From positions 7,254,001-7,318,000 of the forward strand of contig OZ024761.1 of assembly GCA_964016885.1 (NCBI GenBank): a stretch of 64,000 bases of DNA, given 5' to 3'. Positions within the stretch are counted from its first letter, which is position 1. Every line of letters begins with the position of its first letter. Both the position numbers and the translations under genes were made by a program. Below, piece after piece: positions 25,296-40,200 of this stretch. This stretch comes from Eledone cirrhosa. Taxonomy: Eukaryota. The notes beneath the pieces were generated by a model. The model had not been told where the DNA came from. It was given only the letters and a program-made list of their open reading frames with translations, and did not search any database.

Positions 25296-28200
25296 TCAAC
25301 CCTTTACCATTTACATTACTCTATATATATACTATTGTTAAAGGCTTTACCTCACATAATATCTCACATAGCATTTATATTACTCTATATATACTATTGT
25401 ATTGTCACAGTAAAGGCTTTACCTCACATAATATCTCACATAACATTTACATTACTCTATATATACTATTGTATTGTCACAGTAAAGGCTTTACCTCACA
25501 TAATATCTTACATAACATTTACATTACTCTATATATACTATTGTATTGTCACAGTAAAGGCTTTACCTCACATAATATCTCACATAACATTTACATTACT
25601 CTATATATACTATTGTATTGTCACAGTAAAGGCTTTACCTCACATAATATCTTACATAACATTTACATTACTCTATATATACTATTGTATTGTCACAGTA
25701 AAGGCTTTACCTCACATAATATCTCACATAACATTTACATTACTCTATATATACTATTGTATTGTCACAGTAAAGGCTTTACCTCACATAATATCTTACA
25801 TAACATTTACATTACTCTATATATACTATTGTATTGTCACAGTAAAGGCTTTACCTCACATAATATCTCACATAACATTTACATTACTCTATATATACTA
25901 TTGTATTGTCACAGTAAAGGCTTTACCTCACATAATATCTCACATAGCATTTATATTACTCTATATATACTATTGTATTGTCACAGTAAAGGCTTTACCT
26001 CACATAATATCTTACATAACATTTACATTACTCTATATATACTATTGTATTGTCACAGTAAAGGCTTTACCTCACATAATATCTCACATAACATTTACAT
26101 TACTCTATATATACTATTGTATTGTCACAGTAAAGGCTTTACCTCACATAATATCTCACATAACATTTACATTACTCTATATATACTATTGTATTGTCAC
26201 AGTAAAGGCTTTACCTCACATAATATCTTACATAGCATTTACATTACTCTATATATACTATTGTATTGTCACAGTAAAGGCTTTACCTCACATAATATCT
26301 CACATAACATTTACATTACTCTATATATACTATTGTATTTTCACTGTAAAGGCTTTACCTCACATAATATCTCTCATAACATTTACATTACTCTATATAT
26401 ACTATTGTATTTTCACTGTAAAGGCTTTACCTCACATAATATCTCACATAACATTTACATTGCTCTATATATACTATTGTATTTTCACAGTAAAGGCTTT
26501 ACCTCATATCTCACATAACATTTACATTACTCTATATATACTATTGTATTTTCACAGTAAAGGCTTTACCTCATAATTTCTCACATAACATTTACATTAC
26601 TCTATATATACTATTGTATTTTCACAGTAAAGACTTTACCTCACATAACATTTACATTGCTCTATATATACTATTGTATTTTCACAGTAAAGGCTTTACC
26701 TCATATCTCACATAACATTTACATTACTCTATATATACTATTGTATTGTCACAGTAAAGGCTTTACCTCACATAATATCTCACATAACATTTACATTACT
26801 CTATATATACTATTGTATTTTCACTGTAAAGGCTTTACCTCACATAATATCTCTCATAACATTTACATTACTCTATATATACTATTGTATTTTCACTGTA
26901 AAGGCTTTACCTCACATAATATCTCACATAACATTTACATTGCTCTATATATACTATTGTATTTTCACAGTAAAGGCTTTACCTCATATCTCACATAACA
27001 TTTACATTACTCTATATATACTATTGTATTTTCACAGTAAAGGCTTTACCTCATAATTTCTCACATAACATTTACATTACTCTATATATACTATTGTATT
27101 TTCACTGTAAAGGCTTTACCTCACATAATATCTCACATAACATTTACATTGCTCTATATATACTATTGTATTTTCACAGTAAAGGCTTTACCTCATAATT
27201 TCCCACATAACATTTACATGACTCTATATATACTATTGTATTTTCACAGTAAAGACTTTACCTCACATAACATTTACATTGCTCTATATATACTATTGTA
27301 TTTTCACAGTAAAGGCTTTACCTCATATCTCACATAACATTTACATTACTCTATATATACTATTGTATTTTCACAGTAAAGGCTTTACCTCATAATTTCT
27401 CACATAACATTTACATGACTCTATATATACTATTGTATTTTCACAGTAAAGACTTTACCCTACATAACATTTACATTGCTCTATATATACTATTGTATTT
27501 TCACAGTGAAGGCTTTACCTCATATCTCACATAACATTTACATTACTCTATATATACTATTGTATTTTCACAGTAAAGGCTTTACCTCATAATTTCTCAC
27601 ATAACATTTACATTACTCTATATATACTATTGTATTTTCACAGTAAAGGCTTTACCTCATAATTTCTCACATAACATTTACATTACTCTATATATACTAT
27701 TGTATTTTCACAGTAAAGGCTTTATCTCACATAATATCTCACATAACATTTACATTACTCTATATATACTATTGTATTTTCACAGTAAAGGCTTTATCTC
27801 ACATAATATCTCACATAACATTTACATTACTCTATATATACTATTGTATTTTCACAGTAAAGGCTTTACCTCACATAATATCTCACATAACATTTACATT
27901 ACTCTATATATACTATTGTATTTTCACAGTAAAGGCTTTACCTCACATAACATTTACATTACTCTATATATACTATTGTATTTTCACAGTAAAGGCTTTA
28001 CCTCACATAATATCTCACATAACATTTACATTACTCTATATATACTATTGTATTTTCACAGTAAAGGCTTTACTTCACATAACATCTCACATAACATTTA
28101 CATTACTCTATATATACTATTGTATTTTCACAGTAAAGGCTTTACCTCACATAACATCTCACATAACATTTACATTACTCTATATATACTATTGTATTTT

Positions 28201-28433
28201 CACAGTAAAGGCTTTACTTCACATAATATCTCACATAACATTTACATTACTCTATATATACTATTGTATTTTCATTTAATTATCTCACATAATATCGAAT
28301 CTACGAGATTTTCATATTTATTTTGAGAACAATACCTTAACATCAGTATGAGTGGCCAGTTATGATTGGTTTGAAGAGAAAGAGATGAGAGAATTCTGGC
28401 CGGATGCGGCCGATTTAAATACTAAAGGGTTAA
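25296..28433 (-). mobile_element. piggyBac-type MITE expanded to 3.1 kb by an internal 72-bp array
   Basis: Both termini present (tcaaccctttaccattta / taaatactaaagggttaa); 28272-28433 is the reverse complement of the MITE at 14527; array 25305-28272. Confidence 0.88.
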
Positions 28434-28896
28434 ATCGACTCCAGGGCATTACTGTTACTTTATTGACCCCATAAAGATGAAAAGCAAAGCTAACCTCGAC
28501 GGGAAACTCAGCATGTTATCTGACACTCTACCGATTCTGCCAATCACTCTCTGATTGTGTCTTGTCTGTAATTTAATACAGCCAAAACGGCACATAATGG
28601 GAAAATACTGTCAAAGGAAGTTTCCCCTGAAATGGGAATACAAATGGAATAATACAAGTTTTGCGTAAATTGGAGCACGGGTTCCCAAGATACGGGGTTT
28701 TTCCGAGTACCTTCATAAATAGAGAGAGAGAAAGAGATAGTGGTTGGGAGAGAGTAGATTGAAAGAGAGAGACATGTTTGTGTATATTTTAATTATTTAA
28801 AAATTAGTTTTAAGTGACATGATTTTTTTAAATATCTTTAAGTGAACGTGACCCAACGTGTCATGAGAGGTCTAGTAACATATAAAAACAACTTAC

Positions 28897-29030
28897 CATT
28901 TTCTGTAAAGTCCAATAAACTCAATCCCTAAAAGATGACCTGACACAGAGGTCATACTCATTGTACAAGTCTTGTTAAAAATATAGGAGTCAAATTCATA
29001 AATCTTATTGTATACAGAACGTCCTTCTCT
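28897..29030 (-). CDS. TOP3A: TOP3A coding exon 2
   Basis: tttcAG|REGRSVYNKIYEFDSYIFNKTCTMSMTSVSGHLLGIEFIGLYRK(W)|GTAAGT; TSVSGHL motif; 134 nt. Confidence 0.95.
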
Positions 29031-29749
29031 CTGAAATAAACAAAAAAGAGGTTAGTTTGTTTTTGATTAGAAATGTTGGTGACGTGATAAATACACCCAG
29101 TACACTCTGTAAATGGTTGGCATTGGGAAGGGTAGCCAGCCACAGAAACCAAGCCAAAATCAGTTCTGATTTGGCTTGTCTCACATCAGGACAACTCGTC
29201 TAACCCATGCTAGTGTAGAAAACAGTGATGAGGATTCCACTTTCATCCCAAGCCATGTTACAGACCCTAACACCGTACAACCTCCTCCACCACTTTAGAT
29301 ATCTCCACAAATCTGTGACACAGAAAAGATGTTTAATGATTTATTTATTGATCACTGTAAATTATTATTTGTTATATCTGGGGAGGATCATGTCATCCTA
29401 ATATTGCCAAAAATAGTAAAACACACTCAGTTAAGTTGAGTTTTCGCTTCAGTATATTCTTATAAATAATTTATCTGGTAATCAATGTTTATTATTGATT
29501 CACCAACAATTAAAAATATAAATATAAATATAATTTCCCATTGTGTTTCTATAACGTTTTTTGGTTGTCCCTGTTCGCAAACAATTATTATATATTTTAC
29601 TTAATTGCAGGAATTTCTATAAAACTGTGATCCTTTAAGGTTCAGTACTGGTTGTTCTGCTATATGAAAGGAGAGGATGGTCGACAGGGTATCACTGTCT
29701 CCTGAGTGCCACTTACTTTGCTTTTCACCATTTTGGGAGTTGATAGGGC

Positions 29750-30375
29750 AGTGGGTTGGTAGTATCGGTGGAGAGTCAGATAATATGCTTTGCAGCATAG
29801 AGCTATTGTCCTTTACGTTCAGATCCCACTGAGGTTAGCTTTGCCTTTCATCCTTATAGGATCGATTCACTAAGGTCTGTGCCCTAGGTGGTTGCCTAGT
29901 TAACCTTAATGGTAGCACCAACCCTGCACATATATATTAATACCTATCCTATATCACCATCATTAAATGTATAGAGTTCAAATCTGAGTTCAAATCTGAG
30001 TTCAAATCCGAGTTCAAATCCCGCCGAGGTTGACTTTGCCTTTCATCCTTACGGGGTCGATAAAATAAAGTACCAGTAATGCACTGGGTAATTGCTGGCC
30101 TTGTGCCTAAAGTAGAAACAATTAAATGTATAGATAGTTCCATTTAATGGTGGTGATATAGGATAGGTATTAATATATTTGAGCAGGGTTGGTGGATTGG
30201 CAGTATCGGTAAAGGGTCGGACGCCATGCTTTGCAGCAAAGAGTTACGGCCCTTTATGATCTGAGTTCAAATCCCGCCGAGGTTAACTTAGCCTTTCATC
30301 CTTACGGGGGTCGATTAAATAAAGTACCAGTAATACACTGTGCCAAAAGTAGAAACAATTAAATGTATAGATAGT
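29750..30375 (+). mobile_element. Cluster of three SINE-A copies
   Basis: Copies at ~29750-29865, ~29975-30125 (B-box repeated 4x), ~30188-30375. Confidence 0.8.
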
Positions 30376-31244
30376 TCCACAAGACTGTTACGCAACAAAG
30401 ATCTTTACTCATTTAATTTCTTCTTCTTTGCCCACTTATTCCTGGGAGGGTCCTGGGGACAGAGTCCTCGGAAATGTCTTCCAGAGAGTCCTATCAGAAG
30501 CAACCATCTCTGGACACATTTAATTATAAAAAGGGCCACAGAATTGAGATCCTTTATTGCTCAGTAATATAGCTCTCTGAGTTCTGGGCCCAAAGTGGCT
30601 GCCTAGTTGGACAGAAGATAGAGCCAACCCTGCCCCACACACAAGCTCACAAGGGGAAACTGACCTTAACCAACCCTAACCTTATAAATGCAATGAATCC
30701 AGAGATTTTCATTTTTTCAAACAAGCTCTATTGTCAATCATGAACTCTGTTTAAAATCCACTTTCCCGGCTGGCATGGGTCAAACTATTTTACCCACATT
30801 CCCTATTGGCATGGGTTGGACTATGATACCACTGTATCATTGGAGGGAGCCTGTATGTAGCCACTTGACCTGCTAGAGTTAGCAGTTAAATCTCCTTCGC
30901 ACAGCATTCCTTGCATGTATGGATAGAGCCATAATGCCTGGAGTCGTAGGAGTGCTGTAGTGACATATAGCATGATTTGGGCATTTTTAAAACCCAGCAA
31001 AGTTCATCTCCCCTCCATGTCTGAACACAGCTGATTTCTCTCAGAGGAGGACACACAGAGAGAGATTGATAGAAAGGAAGAATCCACCCCAGTACTACAC
31101 TGGTAACTATTTTTATCTACCTTGAAAGGATGAAAGGCAAAGTTGAGCTCAGCAGGATTTGAACTCAGAGAGCTGGAACGAATACCACAAACTATTTTAT
31201 CCGGCGTTCTAATGCAGTGTTTCTCAATCGGTATTCCCTGGAAC

Positions 31245-34200
31245 CACAGTTCACTCCACCTAATGTCCACCACCACTGATTCACTCCACCTAATGTCCAC
31301 CACCACTGATACACTCCACCTAATGTCCACCACCACTGATTCACTCCACCTAATGTCCACCACCACAGATTCACTCCACCTAATGTCCACCACACCACCA
31401 CAGATTCACTCCACCTAATGTCCACCACACCACCACTGATTCACTCCACCTAATGTCCACCACCACAGATTCACTCCACCTAATGTCCACCACCACAGAT
31501 TCACTCCACCTAATGTCCACCACCACTGATTCACTCCACCTAATGTCCACCACCACAGATTCACTCCACCTAATGTCCACCACCACTGATTCACTCCACC
31601 TAATGTCCACCACACCACCACAGATTCACTCCACCTAATGTCCACCACCACAGATTCACTCCACCTAATGTCCACCACACCACCAGATTCACTCCACCTA
31701 ATGTCCACCACCACAGATTCACTCCACCTAATGTCCACCACCACTGATTCACTCCACCTAATGTCCACCACACCACCACTGATTCACTCCACCTAATGTC
31801 CACCACACCACCACTGATTCACTCCACCTAATGTCCACCACCACAGATTCACTCCACCTAATGTCCACCACCACTGATTCACTCCACCTAATGTCCACCA
31901 CACCACCACAGATTCACTCCACCTAATGTCCACCACCACAGATTCACTCCACCTAATGTCCACCACACCACCACTGATTCACTCCACCTAATGTCCACCA
32001 CCACAGATTCACTCCACCTAATGTCCACCACCACTGATTCACTCCACCTAATGTCCACCACACCACCACTGATTCACTCCACCTAATGTCCACCACACCA
32101 CCACTGATTCACTCCACCTAATGTCCACCACACCACCACAGATTCACTCCACCTAATGTCCACCACACCACCACAGATTCACTCCACCTAATGTCCACCA
32201 CACCACCACAGATTCACTCCACCTAATGTCCACCACCACTGATTCACTCCACCTAATGTCCACCACCACAGTTTCACTCCACCTAATGTCCACCACCACT
32301 GATTCACTCCACCTAATGTCCACCACCACAGATTCACTCCACCTAATGTCCACCACCACAGATTCACTCCACCTAATGTCCACCACCACAGTTTCACTCC
32401 ACCTAATGTCCACCACCACTGATTCACTCCACCTAATGTCCACCACCACAGATTCACTCCACCTAATGTCCACCACCACAGATTCACTCCACCTAATGTC
32501 CACCACCACAGTTTCACTCCACCTAATGTCCACCACCACTGATTCACTCCACCTAATGTCCACCACACCACCACTGATTCACTCCACCTAATGTCCACCA
32601 CACCACCACTGATTCACTCCACCTAATGTCCACCACCACTGATTCACTCCACCTAATGTCCACCACCACCAGATTCACTCCACCTAATGTCCACCACACC
32701 ACCACAGATTCACTCCACCTAATGTCCACCACCACTGATTCACTCCACCTAATGTCCACCACCACTGATTCACTCCACCTAATGTCCACCACCACTGATT
32801 CACTCCACCTAATGTCCACCACCACTGATTCACTCCACCTAATGTCCACCACACCACCACAGATTCACTCCACCTAATGTCCACCACACCACCACTGATT
32901 CACTCCACCTAATGTCCACCACCACAGATTCACTCCACCTAATGTCCACCACCACTGATTCACTCCACCTAATGTCCACCACACCACCACAGATTCACTC
33001 CACCTAATGTCCACCACACCACGACAGATTCACTCCACCTAATGTCCACCACACCACCACTGATTCACTCCACCTAATGTCCACCACACCACCACTGATT
33101 CACTCCACCTAATGTCCACCACCACAGATTCACTCCACCTAATGTCCACCACCACTGATTCACTCCACCTAATGTCCACCACACCACCACAGATTCACTC
33201 CACCTAATGTCCACCACACCACCACTGATTCACTCCACCTAATGTCCACCACACCACCACTGATTCACTCCACCTAATGTCCACCACCACAGATTCACTC
33301 CACCTAATGTCCACCACCACTGATTCACTCCACCTAATGTCCACCACACCACCACAGATTCACTCCACCTAATGTCCACCACACCACCACAGATTCACTC
33401 CACCTAATGTCCACCACACCACCACAGATTCACTCCACCTAATGTCCACCACACCACCACAGATTCACTCCACCTAATGTCCACCACCACAGATTCACTC
33501 CACCTAATGTCCACCACCACAGATTCACTCCACCTAATGTCCACCACACCACCACAGATTCACTCCACCTAATGTCCACCACACCACGACAGATTCACTC
33601 CACCTAATGTCCACCACACCACGACAGATTCACTCCACCTAATGTCCACCACACCACCACAGATTCACTCCACCTAATGTCCACCACACCACGACAGATT
33701 CACTCCACCTAATGTCCACCACCACAGATTCACTCCACCTAATGTCCAACACCACAGATTCACTCCACCTAATGTCCACCACACCACCACAGATTCACTC
33801 CACCTAATGTCCACCACACCACCACAGATTCACTCCACCTAATGTCCACCACCACAGATTCACTCCACCTAATGTCCACCACACCACCACAGATTCACTC
33901 CACCTAATGTCCACCACACCACGACAGATTCACTCCACCTAATGTCCACCACCACAGATTCACTCCACCTAATGTCCACCACCACTGATTCACTCCACCT
34001 AATGTCCACCACACCACCACAGATTCACTCCACCTAATGTCCACCACACCACCACTGATTCACTCCACCTAATGTCCACCACACCACCACTGATTCACTC
34101 CACCTAATGTCCACCACCACAGATTCACTCCACCTAATGTCCACCACACCACCACAGATTCACTCCACCTAATGTCCACCACACCACGACAGATTCACTC

Positions 34201-37200
34201 CACCTAATGTCCACCACACCACCACAGATTCACTCCACCTAATGTCCACCACACCACGACAGATTCACTCCACCTAATGTCCACCACCACAGATTCACTC
34301 CACCTAATGTCCACCACCACAGATTCACTCCACCTAATGTCCACCACACCACCACAGATTCACTCCACCTAATGTCCACCACACCACCACAGATTCACTC
34401 CACCTAATGTCCACCACACCACGACAGATTCACTCCACCTAATGTCCACCACACCACCACAGATTCACTCCACCTAATGTCCACCACACCACGACAGATT
34501 CACTCCACCTAATGTCCACCACCACAGATTCACTCCACCTAATGTCCACCACCACAGATTCACTCCACCTAATGTCCACCACACCACCACAGATTCACTC
34601 CACCTAATGTCCACCACACCACCACAGATTCACTCCACCTAATGTCCACCACCACAGATTCACTCCACCTAATGTCCACCACACCACCACAGATTCACTC
34701 CACCTAATGTCCACCACACCACGACAGATTCACTCCACCTAATGTCCACCACCACAGATTCACTCCACCTAATGTCCACCACACCACCACAGATTCACTC
34801 CACCTAATGTCCACCACACCACCACTGATTCACTCCACCTAATGTCCACCACACCACCACTGATTCACTCCACCTAATGTCCACCACCACAGATTCACTC
34901 CACCTAATGTCCACCACCACTGATTCACTCCACCTAATGTCCACCACACCACCACAGATTCACTCCACCTAATGTCCACCACACCACCACTGATTCACTC
35001 CACCTAATGTCCACCACACCACCACTGATTCACTCCACCTAATGTCCACCACCACTGATTCACTCCACCTAATGTCCACCACACCACCACAGATTCACTC
35101 CACCCAATGTCCACCACACCACCACTGATTCACTCCACCTAATGTCCACCACACCACCACTGATTCACTCCACCTGATGTCCACCACCACAGATTCACTC
35201 CACCTAATGTCCACCACCACTGATTCACTCCACCTAATGTCCACCACACCACCACTGATTCACTCCACCTAATGTCCACCACACCACCACTGATTCACTC
35301 CACCCAATGTCCACCACACCACCACTGATTCACTCCACCCAATGTCCACCACACCACCACTGATTCACTCCACCTAATGTCCACCACCACAGATTCACTC
35401 CACCTAATGTCCACCACACCACCACAGATTCACTCCACCTAATGTCCACCGCACCACCACAGATTCACTCCACCTAATGTCCACCACCACAGATTCACTC
35501 CACCTAATGTCCACCACACCACCACAGATTCACTCCACCTAATGTCCACCACCACAGATTCACTCCACCTAATGTCCACCACACCACCACAGATTCACTC
35601 CACCTAATGTCCACCACCACAGATTCACTCCACCTAATGTCCACCACACCACCACAGATTCACTCCACCTAATGTCCACCACACCACCACAGATTCACTC
35701 CACCTAATGTCCACCACACCACCACTGATTCACTCCACCTAATGTCCACCACACCACCACTGATTCACTCCACCCAATGTCCACCACACCACCACTGATT
35801 CACTCCACCCAATGTCCACCACACCACCACTGATTCACTCCACCTAATGTCCACCACCACAGATTCACTCCACCTAATGTCCACCACACCACCACAGATT
35901 CACTCCACCTAATGTCCACCACCACAGATTCACTCCACCTAATGTCCACCACACCACCACAGATTCACTCCACCTAATGTCCACCACACCACCACAGATT
36001 CACTCCACCTAATGTCCACCACACCACCACAGATTCACTCCACCTAATGTCCACCACACCACCACAGATTCACTCCACCTAATGTCCACCACACCACCAC
36101 AGATTCACTCCACCTAATGTCCACCACACCACCACAGATTCACTCCACCTAATGTCCACCACACCACCACTGATTCACTCCACCTAATGTCCACCACCAT
36201 TGATTCACTCCACCTAATGTCCACCACACCACCACAGATTCACTCCACCTAATGTCCACCACACCACCACAGATTCACTCCACCTAATGTCCACCACACC
36301 ACCACAGATTCACTCCACCTAATGTCCACCACACCACCACAGATTCACTCCACCTAATGTCCACCACACCACCACTGATTCACTCCACCTAATGTCCACC
36401 ACCACTGATTCACTCCACCTAATGTCCACCACACTACCACAGATTCACTCCACCTAATGTCCACCACACCACCACTGATTCACTCCACCTAATGTCCACC
36501 ACACTACCACAGATTCACTCCACCTAATGTCCACCACACTACCACAGATTCACTCCACCTAATGTCCACCACCACAGATTCACTCCACCTAATGTCCACC
36601 ACACCACCACAGATTCACTCCACCTAATGTCCACCACACCACCACAGATTCACTCCACCTAATGTCCACCACACCACCACTGATTCACTCCACCTAATGT
36701 CCACCACCACTGATTCACTCCACCTAATGTCCACCACACTACCACAGATTCACTCCACCTAATGTCCACCACACCACCACAGATTCACTCCACCTAATGT
36801 CCACCACACCACCACTGATTCACTCCACCTAATGTCCACCACACCACCACAGATTCACTCCACCTAATGTCCACCACACCACCACAGATTCACTCCACCT
36901 AATGTCCACCACACCACCACAGATTCACTCCACCTAATGTCCACCACCACAGATTCACTCCACCTAATGTCCACCACCACAGATTCACTCCACCTAATGT
37001 CCACCACACCACCACAGATTCACTCCACCTAATGTCCACCACCACAGATTCACTCCACCTAATGTCCACCACACCACCACTGATTCACTCCACCTAATGT
37101 CCACCACCACTGATTCACTCCACCTAATGTCCACCACACCACCACAGATTCACTCCACCTAATGTCCACCACACCACCACAGATTCACTCCACCTAATGT

Positions 37201-40200
37201 CCACCACACCACCACAGATTCACTCCACCTAATGTCCACTACCACAGATTCACTCCACCTAATGTCCACCACCACAGATTCACTCCACCTAATGTCCACC
37301 ACACCACCACAGATTCACTCCACCTAATGTCCACCACACCACCACTGATTCACCCCACCTAATGTCCACCACACCACCACAGATTCACTCCACCTAATGT
37401 CCACCACACCACCACTGATTCACTCCACCTAATGTCCACCACACCACCACAGATTCACTCCACCTAATGTCCACCACACTACCACTGATTCACTCCACCT
37501 AATGTCCACCACACCACCACAGATTCACTCCACCTAATGTCCACCACACCACCACTGATTCACTCTACCTAATGTCCACCACACTACCACTGATTCACTC
37601 CACCTAATGTCCACCACACCACCACAGATTCACTCCACCTAATGTCCACCACACCACCACTGATTCACTCTACCTAATGTCCACCACACTACCACTGATT
37701 CACTCCACCTAATGTCCACCACACCACCACAGATTCACTCCACCTAATGTCCACCACACCACGACAGATTCACTCCACCTAATGTCCACCACCACAGATT
37801 CACTCCACCTAATGTCCACCACCACAGATTCACTCCACCTAATGTCCACCACACCACCACAGATTCACTCCACCTAATGTCCACCACACCACCACAGATT
37901 CACTCCACCTAATGTCCACCACCACAGATTCACTCCACCTAATGTCCACCACACCACCACAGATTCACTCCACCTAATGTCCACCACCACAGATTCACTC
38001 CACCTAATGTCCACCACACCACCACTGATTCACTCCACCTAATGTCCACCACCACAGATTCACTCCACCTAATGTCCACCACACCACCACAGATTCACTC
38101 CACCTAATGTCCACCACCACAGATTCACTCCACCTAATGTCCACCACACCACCACAGATTCACTCCACCTAATGTCCACCACCACAGATTCACTCCACCT
38201 AATGTCCACCACACCACCACTGATTCACTCCACCTAATGTCCACCACCACAGATTCACTCCACCTAATGTCCACCACACCACCACTGATTCACTCCACCT
38301 AATGTCCACCACACCACCACAGATTCACTCCACCTAATGTCCACCACCACTGATTCACTCCACCTAATGTCCACCACACCACCACTGATTCACTCCACCT
38401 AATGTCCACCACCACAGATTCACTCCACCTAATGTCCACCACCACAGATTCACTCCACCTAATGTCCACCACACCACCACTGATTCACTCCACCTAATGT
38501 CCACCACACCACGACAGATTCACTCCACCTAATGTCCACCACACCACCACAGATTCACTCCACCTAATGTCCACCACCACAGATTCACTCCACCTAATGT
38601 CCACCACCACAGATTCACTCCACCTAATGTCCACCACCACAGATTCACTCCACCTAATGTCCACCACCACAGATTCACTCCACCTAATGTCCACCACCAC
38701 AGATTCACTCCACCTAATGTCCACCACACTACCACAGATTCACTCCACCTAATGTCCACCACACCACCACAGATTCACTCCACCTAATGTCCACCACCAC
38801 AGATTCACTCCACCTAATGTCCACCACACCACCACAGATTCACTCCACCTAATGTCCACCACCACAGATTCACTCCACCTAATGTCCACCACCACAGATT
38901 CACTCCACCTAATGTCCACCACACCACCACAGATTCACTCCACCTAATGTCCACCACACCACCACAGATTCACTCCACCTAATGTCCACCACACCACCAC
39001 AGATTCACTCGACCTAATGTCCACCACACCACCACAGATTCACTCCACCTAATGTCCACCACACCACCACAGATTCACTCCACCTAATGTCCACCACACC
39101 ACCACTGATTCACTCCACCTAATGTCCACCACCATTGATTCACTCCACCTAATGTCCACCACACCACCACAGATTCACTCCACCTAATGTCCACCACACC
39201 ACCACAGATTCACTCCACCTAATGTCCACCACACCACCACAGATTCACTCCACCTAATGTCCACCACACCACCACAGATTCACTCCACCTAATGTCCACC
39301 ACACCACCACAGATTCACTCCACCTAATGTCCACCACACCACCACAGATTCACTCCACCTAATGTCCACCACACCACCACAGATTCACTCCACCTAATGT
39401 CCACCACACCACCACAGATTCACTCCACCTAATGTCCACCACACCACCACAGATTCACTCCACCTAATGTCCACCACACCACCACAGATTCACTCCACCT
39501 AATGTCCACCACACCACCACTGATTCACTCCACCTAATGTCCACCACACCACCACAGATTCACTCCACCTAATGTCCACCACACCACCACTGATTCACTC
39601 CACCTAATGTCCACCACACCACCACAGATTCACTCCACCTAATGTCCACCACCACAGATTCACTCCACCTAATGTCCACCACACCACCACAGATTCACTC
39701 CACCTAATGTCCACCACCACTGATTCACTCCACCTAATGTCCACCACACCACCACTGATTCACTCCACCTAATGTCCACCACCACAGATTCACTCCACCT
39801 AATGTCCACCACCACAGATTCACTCCACCTAATGTCCACCACACCACCACTGATTCACTCCACCTAATGTCCACCACCACTGATTCACTCCACCTAATGT
39901 CCACCACACCACGACAGATTCACTCCACCTAATGTCCACCACACCACCACAGATTCACTCCACTTAATGTCCACCACACCACCACAGATTCACTCCACCT
40001 AATGTCCACCACCACAGATTCACTCCACCTAATGTCCACCACCACAGATTCACTCCACCTAATGTCCACCACCACAGATTCACTCCACCTAATGTCCACC
40101 ACCACAGATTCACTCCACCTAATGTCCACCACCACAGATTCACTCCACCTAATGTCCACCACCACAGATTCACTCCACCTAATGTCCACCACCACAGATT

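Noticed and set aside
22084-26576. Long ORFs (611, 444, 402, 373 aa) in the track
   Set aside because: They are translations of the 28-bp and 72-bp tandem arrays, antisense within TOP3A introns, with no domain content
31216-31245. cagtgtttctcaa as a hAT terminus seeding the 10.5-kb array
   Set aside because: No matching inverted end or TSD found at the far side of the array
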